The notes beneath the pieces were generated by a model. The model saw nothing but the letters and a program-made list of their open reading frames with translations, was not told the DNA's origin and made no database searches. Shown here one piece after another: positions 44,619-52,113 of a DNA stretch of 52,113 bases. The position numbers and the translations under genes were made by a program. Origin of the DNA: an uncultured bacterium. GTDB lineage: Bacteria > Electryoneota > RPQS01 > CBDVBD01. The stretch is from contig CBDVBD010000003.1 of the NCBI GenBank assembly GCA_965372135.1, forward strand, positions 1-52,113. Reading direction: 5' to 3'. How positions within the stretch are numbered: position 1 is the first letter of the stretch; the number at the start of each line of letters is the position of its first letter.

Positions 44619-45860
44619 CTATAGAAAAACCAAATATGAAAATGCCGCCAGTCCCGGCAGCACCCACGGACCGATGTTGGGTGAGATCAAGCGCCGGGAG
44701 CCCAAGACCAGGATGATAGCAATCGGGGTGAATGCCGGAAACAACAACCGGGCTTCACATTGGTAATAATGTAAATTCAGCCAAACGAATGATGCAAATA
44801 CCAGAACGAAGGTCAATAAGCTTATTCCGATAATTTTCGATTCCGGGACATATTGCGGAAATATGCGCTGCAGGTCGAGGCGGCGAATAATTTCCAACAG
44901 GCTTAGGACAAGGATTACCAGTACGGTCAATCCAATAATTACGAATACTACTGGTCGCCAACCTCCACCCCAGATATCATCGAAGGGGAACCAGAACGAT
45001 CTTGACAGATAGATGCCGGTTGCCACGAAGCTCTGCACACCCTCAAACGATACTCCAGGCGCTCCGAATCCCACCGCCACCGGTAGGATTTCCCCCCAAT
45101 GGATGCGGTTCCAGACTAACCACGGAATCCAGCAGACCAGTGGCACAACCAGTTCTAACACCGGGAATCTGGTGTTCCGCTGGGAACGTAATTTCATCAG
45201 CCAGGCAATCGGAAGCACCAGGATTATTGGTAGAAAAGAAAGCTTGGTCCATAGTCCCGCTGTAAGCAATACGATCAAAGCCACCCGTTCTCGGGCAGGA
45301 AGCTTGTCTCGGATCCCCCGCAATATCAGATAAAACACAGCAGCAGAAATCGCCCATAACAAAGCGTCATTGGTAACAATGGATGTAAAACGTACCTGGG
45401 ACAGCAAGATGGCGCTGAATAATAATCCTGCGTTGCTTTCTGTGGGAGAACCGATAAGACGCAGGCTCAGCCAGATATAGTACAAGGCGATCAAGCCTAA
45501 CAACACGCTCAAGAATCGCAGGAAAATCCCCGGCTCAGGCAATCGCAAAAGATTTCCCAACCGGATTATCGCCGATCCCAGCATATAGTACAATGGCGGT
45601 TGGAAATCCTCACCGGTACGCGCCACGATATTCCCCGGTTCGATGGGCAGCGGCTTACCCGGATCGACGCCCCTGCTGGGGTGATGACCCTGTTCCACCC
45701 AATACTGTACCACCGACCGGTGGGCTGGTTCATCGTTATATACCGAAAGTTTTCCGGTAACTTGATGCGGTTCCAGCGGTGCGGTTAATGCGAAATATAA
45801 CCGGAGGACGGCTGCCAAAATTAACACAATCACCGTCATCCATTTTACGCTGTGTCGCAA
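44619..45860 (-). CDS. GT-C fold (ArnT/PMT-like, DUF2142-like) membrane glycosyltransferase
   Basis: DEPAH loop after TM1, QPPLYY, ND and TK motifs, many TMs. Confidence 0.7.
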   Translation of the reverse strand: MRHSVKWMTVIVLILAAVLRLYFALTAPLEPHQVTGKLSVYNDEPAHRSVVQYWVEQGHHPSRGVDPGKPLPIEPGNIVARTGEDFQPPLYYMLGSAIIRLGNLLRLPEPGIFLRFLSVLLGLIALYYIWLSLRLIGSPTESNAGLLFSAILLSQVRFTSIVTNDALLWAISAAVFYLILRGIRDKLPARERVALIVLLTAGLWTKLSFLPIILVLPIAWLMKLRSQRNTRFPVLELVVPLVCWIPWLVWNRIHWGEILPVAVGFGAPGVSFEGVQSFVATGIYLSRSFWFPFDDIWGGGWRPVVFVIIGLTVLVILVLSLLEIIRRLDLQRIFPQYVPESKIIGISLLTFVLVFASFVWLNLHYYQCEARLLFPAFTPIAIILVLGSRRLISPNIGPWVLPGLAAFSYLVFL

Positions 45861-45864
45861 GGTG

Positions 45865-46905
45865 TTATCCGGGAAAATTCTGGGTTATGTCGTGGAGAAA
45901 TCCGGAATAATCATCCAATGGTGTCATCGCCAATATCACCTTCATGGCGGTAGGCGATTGGGACCTCTCGAAAGCCTCTATGGCGCTATCGAAGGGAAAT
46001 ACCGCCTCCACAATATCTTGAGTTTCGAAGGATGGATCGGACAGTAACTTCAATGCCGGACAAAACGGACCACATCTGGATCCCACCACCGTGATCTCGT
46101 TGATAACCAACGGCGCGGTATTCCAATCCAGGCTGCTGTGATAAGTGCTCTTGAGGACGATGATTCCCCGAGGGCACACCGCATTTATCGCCAGATGCCA
46201 GCCGTCGGGTGATCCGGAGGTTTCCACCACCAGATCGTATCCGGTTCCCGGGTTGTCCGGATGCTGGATGACCTGTGCCCCGCTTTTGCGGAACAGTTCC
46301 AACTTGGACGGCATCAAGCCCAACACTGTCAGGTCAATTCCCAATTGTATCAATACCCTGGCGATTAGTATCGCCAACTTGCCGTCACCAATTACCAACA
46401 CCCGCCAGGCTGGGTCCACCGGAACCTGCTCCAGGATTTCCACCGCGGCTGCCAATGGTTCGGTGAACACCGCGCGGTTGTCAGGAATCGAATCGGGTAC
46501 TACATGTAAGTTGCCCATTGGTAAAGTCAGGTACTCTGCGAAAGCGCCATCCTTCCCGGAAATCCCCAATACCGTGCGTTGGGGGCAGTGCCTGGAAAGC
46601 CCGCCTAAGCACCAATCGCATTCCCCACAGCCCAGGTTAATCTCCCCCACTACCCGTTTTCCAATCCAATCCTCGTGGTCGGAGGTTACAACCTCCCCCA
46701 CGAACTCGTGACCGGGAATACCCCGGAAATCCATATAACCTTTGGTGATTTCAAAGTCGGTATTGCATATGCCGGCTACCCGTACCCGGATTAATGCTTC
46801 CTGGTTCTTGGGCGCCGGCACCGGTCGTTCGATTAGGCGAAGTTGTCCGTCGAATTCCAGTGCAAGCATGGTGTCGGGAATTGACAATATCCGAAGGTTA
46901 CTCAC
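45865..46905 (-). CDS. Zinc-binding medium-chain dehydrogenase
   Basis: GICNTD, GHEFVG, structural Zn CGECDWC...HC, EPLAA, GDGKL. Confidence 0.9.
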   Translation of the reverse strand: MSNLRILSIPDTMLALEFDGQLRLIERPVPAPKNQEALIRVRVAGICNTDFEITKGYMDFRGIPGHEFVGEVVTSDHEDWIGKRVVGEINLGCGECDWCLGGLSRHCPQRTVLGISGKDGAFAEYLTLPMGNLHVVPDSIPDNRAVFTEPLAAAVEILEQVPVDPAWRVLVIGDGKLAILIARVLIQLGIDLTVLGLMPSKLELFRKSGAQVIQHPDNPGTGYDLVVETSGSPDGWHLAINAVCPRGIIVLKSTYHSSLDWNTAPLVINEITVVGSRCGPFCPALKLLSDPSFETQDIVEAVFPFDSAIEAFERSQSPTAMKVILAMTPLDDYSGFLHDITQNFPG

Positions 46906-47386
46906 CGGCTGTCCGTTTGGACATCAACAATTTAACTCCCAGCACAATCAGTATCAGGGGCCACCACTGAAGTATATCTCCCACTGTTCCCCAGGAAATA
47001 TACCGGTAATTCCTTAACAGGAAAATCAACCCTAAAATGATAAGTATCCCCCCGGGAATCAAGACTCCCCAGTCTTGAGGACGCACCAGGAATATCATCA
47101 CAAAACTAACCCCAATGATGATTAATATTAAGGGCCAGGTTTCTGATAACGGATCAATTACATCAAACTGATTCAGCAGAAAAATCAGCCCCAGTAGAAA
47201 AAGAAATGTCCCTGGGAATATACCTCCTTCGCTGCGTTTTATTAGGGCATACAGAAATAGTACTCCTCCCACGACTATCAACACCATCGCCCAATAGAAC
47301 TCCCAATCCAACAGATACTGTAGGATGAAAAATAGCCCTAACACCACTAAAATCCACCCCATTTGCTTATGACCGGAATTAGACAT
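46898..47386 (-). CDS. LiaF/DUF5668-like membrane protein
   Basis: Repeated G..LI.LG..FL...WPLILI.G hairpins; start at MSNS preferred. Confidence 0.7.
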   Translation of the reverse strand: MSNSGHKQMGWILVVLGLFFILQYLLDWEFYWAMVLIVVGGVLFLYALIKRSEGGIFPGTFLFLLGLIFLLNQFDVIDPLSETWPLILIIIGVSFVMIFLVRPQDWGVLIPGGILIILGLIFLLRNYRYISWGTVGDILQWWPLILIVLGVKLLMSKRTAGE

Positions 47387-50300
47387 AATAACCCTCAACC
47401 TTTTTAGGATTACATGGGGATATATCCTGCTGATCCATGTTATGGTATGGACAGCTTTCGCACTGTGCTTCATTCTGGGGCAGAGGATAATCCCTGGAAA
47501 ATACCGATTGCGCTGCAGTAATAACCTCTTGTTTCACATGAGGATTTTCCGGCACTTCGATAATATCGCCGGTTTCGATTTCGACGATTATCACTCCGGG
47601 GGAAATCACACCCGGAAAAATGTTGGATTCCGCCGCCAGCCGGTAGAGATTCAACTGCCGGAAATATTGATCACGCAGCTCATCGCTCACTCGACCGGTC
47701 TTGTAATCCAACAACACCCATCCCTGATCATCACGGTGCAGCCGATCCACCACCCCGCGGAGCATCACGGTATGATCATTGCTAACTGGAAGGGACACTA
47801 CCCAGGGAATCTCCGTTCGAATATCTTGGGATGTATCAAACCCGAGATGGTGATAATTCTTTATGATGCGCTCGAGCCGCACTCGTGCGGTAGCCATGTG
47901 GTAGCGGTGATCGCTGGACAGGTAGTCGTCAAGATGTGATCCACAATCAGAGTGGAACGGTAAATCAGCCAACAACTGATGGGCTACATTCCCGAAATCC
48001 ACGCCTCCACCCATTTTATCTTCATCTTCTATCATATCCGAATCCAAATCCTCCATATGTTGCCCTACCAGCTCCCAGTATAACTTCCTTGGACACTCTC
48101 GATAAGTCTCCAGATTGCTAAAAGTCAGCAGCAATGTGTCATCAATATGGGTTGCCGCTTCCATCCTTCGCCGAAGCGACGTGGCGACCGGTCGAAGTTG
48201 CTCCACCCAGAAATTTTTGTCACCTGCCATCTTAGGTATAATTTCACTGGGTGTAATCTTTTCTTTATCACCAAGCTGCCAATCCACCTGCACATAAGAT
48301 TTGTCCTTGAGCAATCCTTGTATTGTCTCGAACAGCTTGGGTGTTTTACCGCGAGATGGTGAGCAGGTAACGGTCAGTGTTTTCTTTGCCCGGGTCACAG
48401 TCACATATTGCAGGCGCACTTCCTCGGAATCGTGCTTGCAGTCAACCACGGTAGTCTTGAACTCCTGGAAACGTGATTCCTTTTTTTCCTTTTCGGTGTT
48501 CGCTTTCACCACCAACCCCAATCCGGAAAGCACTGGCTGCCCATCCACCACCTCGTCCAAATGCAGGTCCAGATCCACCATCTCAACATTTCTTGACGGA
48601 TTGTCTCGAACGTCACACCAGAACACATGGTCGAATTCCAAACCCTTTGCCTTATGTACCGTCAAGAGCTGCACGCAGTTTTCGTTGTCGGTTTCCTCTT
48701 CTTCCTTGGTGGCATGGACAATTTGATGTTCCAATAGCCGTACGAAATATTCCAGAGGATCATCCACCACCGCCGGATTCCATGACATCGCCTGCCGCAG
48801 CAACTTGGTGCAATTATTGAGGATACGACTACCGGAAGTGGGATCCAAACATCCAGCCGCCAACACACCGGAATGTACCATCGCCTGATACAGCAGCTCT
48901 GGCAGCGACACCCTATTCGCCAGGGCTCCCACCTGCTGCAACCGGGATTTCAGGTCATCCACTACCCGTGTGAGGTCGGTCTGATCCTCAGAGTCATTAT
49001 TGACCAGCACATCATGAAGTTCCTTGACGGTCAAGGACAGCGGGGGTCGTTCCAGGATGCGTGACAGCGACCCTACCTCATCTGTACTAGTCAGGAGCTT
49101 GAGTAACGCCAAGCCATCCTTGATCTCCGGACGTTGGTAGAAACTGCCACTGACGGACCTATGAGGAATATTGTACTTTTGAAGCTCACGATCGAAATAA
49201 CCAATTGCGGTTCGCGCACGAAACAACAGGGCAATGGATTCCGGGGGTGTACCATCCGATAACAACGTCCGGATACGGGCAACCACAGCTTGTGCTTCCC
49301 CTTCCCGGGATTCGGCGGAGTGCAAAAAAATCACCGGCACTTCCGCCTTCCCCACTTTCGGATTCTCCAAAGCGATTTCTTTCCGTCGGTCCGTCCAATA
49401 GGAATCCATGCATATCAAGTCCGTCGCCAGATCCAACACCTCATTGGGACTGCGGAAATTCCCGTGTAGATATTCCGATGCCGCCTGGAACTGGCGAAAC
49501 ATGTCCGGTGACGTCCCCCGAAAACCGTATATCGACTGCTTGTCATCACCCACCATAGTGACATTGGTCTGACCGTGCTTAGCCAATAACTTCAGTATCT
49601 CGAATTGCGCCGGATTGGTGTCCTGAGTCTCATCCACCAGGATATGTCGGTAAGATTCCCGATAATACTTTGCTAATTCCTTATGATTGCACAACATCCG
49701 ATGCACCCGAATCATGATATCCCCGAAATCCAGCAACTTCCGCTGCTGCAAGAATTCCTGGTAGTTCCGATACAAGACATCAATCAACGGAATGATTTCC
49801 CGAACCCGAGCGTTGTCCAATTCGGAACAATCACCGACATGGGCGTCATAAAGCTCCTGGAGTGAATCTTTGCAATGGTCTTCATCCACCAGCCAAAGCT
49901 TCAAACGTGGAATTACTTTAAGTCCGTCTAACAATATCCTGCGCAGCTCCACGGTTTTGACCGCTGATAGCGGAAGCTGGGATTGAAATCTCGGGTCGTG
50001 GTATAATCGGTGGATGATATCGGGCTGGAACAAATCCAGCTCGGTGTCTTCCATGATCCGCCATTGGTCATCGACGCCGGACTGGTGAGGATTCGTGGTC
50101 AGAAGCCGCCACCAGAAGGCATCGAAATTCCATATCTCCGCACGAGAGGCATTCTGTGGATCATCCAACTCTTCGAGAACCCGACTTCTTAATTCCGCGG
50201 CTGCCTTTCGGGTAAAGGTCAACGCCAGCACTTGTTCCGGAGCGAAATCGTGTTCCTGCAACAAATATAGATACCGCTGAATCAGAACGGTGGTTTTCCC

Positions 50301-50411
50301 GGTGCCAGCACCTGCGAAAATCTTCAACGGTCGATCCGGAGGAGCAGCAACTGCTCGAAGTTGTTCCTCGGTTAATTCAAATTTTTCGGGGTTTTCCGCA
50401 GTCTCAGCCAT
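47379..50411 (-). CDS. UvrD/PcrA-type helicase fused to a PD-(D/E)XK nuclease (AddA/AdnAB-like)
   Basis: AGAGTGKT, DETQD, VGDDKQSIYGFRG, NFRS, TVHKAKGLEF, YVTVTRAK; nuclease G.VDR...DYKTG...QL..Y. Confidence 0.88.
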   Translation of the reverse strand: MAETAENPEKFELTEEQLRAVAAPPDRPLKIFAGAGTGKTTVLIQRYLYLLQEHDFAPEQVLALTFTRKAAAELRSRVLEELDDPQNASRAEIWNFDAFWWRLLTTNPHQSGVDDQWRIMEDTELDLFQPDIIHRLYHDPRFQSQLPLSAVKTVELRRILLDGLKVIPRLKLWLVDEDHCKDSLQELYDAHVGDCSELDNARVREIIPLIDVLYRNYQEFLQQRKLLDFGDIMIRVHRMLCNHKELAKYYRESYRHILVDETQDTNPAQFEILKLLAKHGQTNVTMVGDDKQSIYGFRGTSPDMFRQFQAASEYLHGNFRSPNEVLDLATDLICMDSYWTDRRKEIALENPKVGKAEVPVIFLHSAESREGEAQAVVARIRTLLSDGTPPESIALLFRARTAIGYFDRELQKYNIPHRSVSGSFYQRPEIKDGLALLKLLTSTDEVGSLSRILERPPLSLTVKELHDVLVNNDSEDQTDLTRVVDDLKSRLQQVGALANRVSLPELLYQAMVHSGVLAAGCLDPTSGSRILNNCTKLLRQAMSWNPAVVDDPLEYFVRLLEHQIVHATKEEEETDNENCVQLLTVHKAKGLEFDHVFWCDVRDNPSRNVEMVDLDLHLDEVVDGQPVLSGLGLVVKANTEKEKKESRFQEFKTTVVDCKHDSEEVRLQYVTVTRAKKTLTVTCSPSRGKTPKLFETIQGLLKDKSYVQVDWQLGDKEKITPSEIIPKMAGDKNFWVEQLRPVATSLRRRMEAATHIDDTLLLTFSNLETYRECPRKLYWELVGQHMEDLDSDMIEDEDKMGGGVDFGNVAHQLLADLPFHSDCGSHLDDYLSSDHRYHMATARVRLERIIKNYHHLGFDTSQDIRTEIPWVVSLPVSNDHTVMLRGVVDRLHRDDQGWVLLDYKTGRVSDELRDQYFRQLNLYRLAAESNIFPGVISPGVIIVEIETGDIIEVPENPHVKQEVITAAQSVFSRDYPLPQNEAQCESCPYHNMDQQDISPCNPKKVEGYYV

Positions 50412-50479
50412 GTCTTCAATTCTTTACACTACTGACATTACGAAACTTACGTGCAGTGATGCTGCAGGATTATTCTTAG

Positions 50480-51877
50480 TTATCTATTATGAGGGGTATC
50501 GTCTGGCGTATTCGACTGCGCCAATGACGATAAGAATTCTTCCTTGGGTATATTGAAATACCCAAGGCGTAAGTGGGGAAATTCTTTGGGCAGGTCAATC
50601 ATCATTTTTAATAATCCGACCCCCTGTTCGTCGGAATCCGGCATTTGACCCAGGTAATAATCAGGGTCGATGTTCAGGTTTTTCAACTGCAGCACATCAA
50701 TCCGGGTTTCATCGATCAGCGCTGTCAAACCGTCTTTCTCAATCTGCTGATCGGTGATCCCAGGAAATACCAACAGGTTAATATGTACAAATAGCCCGCA
50801 CTGTTTGGCACGGTGTATCGATTCGATCACGTCTTCGAATCGGTACCCGCTGGGTTGGTAATAAGCATTGTACCTGTCTTCCCGGATACTGTTCAACGAG
50901 ATGCGTATACTGTCCAATCCGGCTTTACACGCCCGTTCCAGCGATTTTGGCATACTGCCGTTGGTGTTCAAGTGGATCGTTCCTCTGTCGGTGCGTTCCC
51001 GGATTTGACGGATGGATTGTTCCAGCAAGGGTGCTTCGGTCAACGGTTCCCCTTCACATCCCTGACCGAAGCTGATGATGGCTGCTTCCGCCGTCTCCAG
51101 ATGCGGCACCGCCGCTTCCACAATTTCCTGCACCGTGGGTCGGAAATCGATCCGTTCGTGCGAACTTTGGCAGGAATCGATCGGCTGGTGCGACAAGCAC
51201 CCCAAACAGCCGGCATTACATCCCTGTGATACCGGTATCCCAGCTTCCCAACGGTTCCAAAACAGATTCTTGGCAGCGAAACAATGGTATCCAGAAGCGC
51301 ATTTGGCTAAATGTTGGTACAGCCGGTTCTCAGGGTAGGAATCCAATATTTCCTTAACCCGTGCCGGCAGTTCGGAATCATCGTACCGCGACGGATGCCA
51401 CCGGGGATTATCTTCCACCAACACCGCGGAGGCTATGAAACCGTCATCCTGCCAACCTATGGCGCAGTACGCCCACATGGGCAGCCGTGCGCCTTTCTTG
51501 GGTGATGATGCCGCCGGGAGTAACAATCGCAGATAACCGGGCGGCAGGAATCCGGATACCGCCGTGGTTTCGATGGTGTAATCCCGGTATTTGAATTGGT
51601 TGAATTCCACCAACGCCTGCTGTTCCTCGTCCCAACCGACTGGAAAACGACCGGGCACCGTAAAGAGCTTGCTGTCCTCGGGCAGCGGAATCAATTCCGC
51701 CTGCTGTGGCATCACATAATCCCTGCCCGACCTGCCCACCATCAGCATTTGAGGGTGGTCGAAAATCTTTCCGCTCTCATTGGCAAACACCATTCGGGGT
51801 TGAGGAGGTGGGGATTTTGCGCTATGTTTTTTTGATTCTGACGTCACCTTGCCGTATAGTAAATCCTTCGCGATCAA
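50480..51877 (-). CDS. Radical SAM protein of unknown function (start uncertain)
   Basis: CNAGCLGC CxxxCxxC motif, SFGQGCEGEP, NTNG, RISLNS. Confidence 0.85.
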   Translation of the reverse strand: MIAKDLLYGKVTSESKKHSAKSPPPQPRMVFANESGKIFDHPQMLMVGRSGRDYVMPQQAELIPLPEDSKLFTVPGRFPVGWDEEQQALVEFNQFKYRDYTIETTAVSGFLPPGYLRLLLPAASSPKKGARLPMWAYCAIGWQDDGFIASAVLVEDNPRWHPSRYDDSELPARVKEILDSYPENRLYQHLAKCASGYHCFAAKNLFWNRWEAGIPVSQGCNAGCLGCLSHQPIDSCQSSHERIDFRPTVQEIVEAAVPHLETAEAAIISFGQGCEGEPLTEAPLLEQSIRQIRERTDRGTIHLNTNGSMPKSLERACKAGLDSIRISLNSIREDRYNAYYQPSGYRFEDVIESIHRAKQCGLFVHINLLVFPGITDQQIEKDGLTALIDETRIDVLQLKNLNIDPDYYLGQMPDSDEQGVGLLKMMIDLPKEFPHLRLGYFNIPKEEFLSSLAQSNTPDDTPHNR

Positions 51878-52113
51878 AATGTTCCAATAGCGGAACCACG
51901 TATTTACGGGTGGATCGTAATAGTTGGCTGACTTCTCCCACCGTCACCTGGGGGTTGGATTGAAAATACGTGTCTAACTGGTCGCGGGCACTGATCAATT
52001 GATCCTGCAAAAATAACAAGTCCGTCCCAATCCGAACCACCTTACCCATGTTGATCATGATCGTCACCAGATCACGGACTTCATCCAACGGTTGATCCAG
52101 CTTATTTGCTATT
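51822..52113 (-). CDS. selB: Selenocysteine-specific elongation factor SelB, C-terminal winged-helix region (5' part outside the window)
   Basis: Frame is open to the window edge (IANKLDQPLDEV...); ends with TVGEVSQLLRSTRKYVVPLLEHFDREGFTIRQGDVR, matching the SECIS-binding WH4 motif (T/S)RKY..PLLE..D..G.T.R.GD.R. Confidence 0.85.
   Translation of the reverse strand, partial: IANKLDQPLDEVRDLVTIMINMGKVVRIGTDLLFLQDQLISARDQLDTYFQSNPQVTVGEVSQLLRSTRKYVVPLLEHFDREGFTIRQGDVRIKKT

Noticed and set aside
1-52113. Genome-wide reassignment of TGA (code 4 or 25) as the explanation for the in-frame TGAs
   Set aside because: TGA is a normal stop for batD, batE, DUF58, rlmN, the M1 peptidase and folD (some in ATGA overlaps), and long genes use TGG for Trp without internal TGA

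Overview
A 52 kb, gene-dense bacterial chromosomal segment. Gene content points to an FCB-superphylum diderm (inference from the bat operon, gingipain-like and M1 peptidases with FlgD-Ig/Por-type C-terminal sorting tails, and outer-membrane barrels). In order, it holds: batA-E; an AT-richer tandem array of four small outer-membrane beta-barrel genes; an M3/M2-type peptidase and a barrel-fused SppA; DUF58/DUF1328/MoxR; rlmN flanked by REP-like palindromes; an M1 aminopeptidase; nth; a degenerate CPBP protein; an ECF sigma/anti-sigma pair; a C25 gingipain-like protease; a REC-degenerate GGDEF protein; TPR-SLH, LPP20-like and FecR proteins; a 2647-aa PD40-TPR-CHAT protein; DUF1318; folD; a glycosyltransferase/flippase cluster; a helicase-nuclease; a radical SAM protein; and the 3' end of selB. 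Main discovery: two of the four barrel genes, which look truncated in the ORF track, each carry a single in-frame TGA in the same predicted surface loop. Both read through to full-length barrels (171 and 182 aa, versus 185 and 181 aa for the intact paralogues). Each TGA is followed by a SECIS-like hairpin containing AGUUU, one TGA aligns with a Cys in an intact paralogue, and selB lies in the same window. These are candidate selenocysteine-containing outer-membrane proteins; the alternative is two independent nonsense pseudogenes. No rRNA, tRNA, CRISPR array or transposase was recognised.
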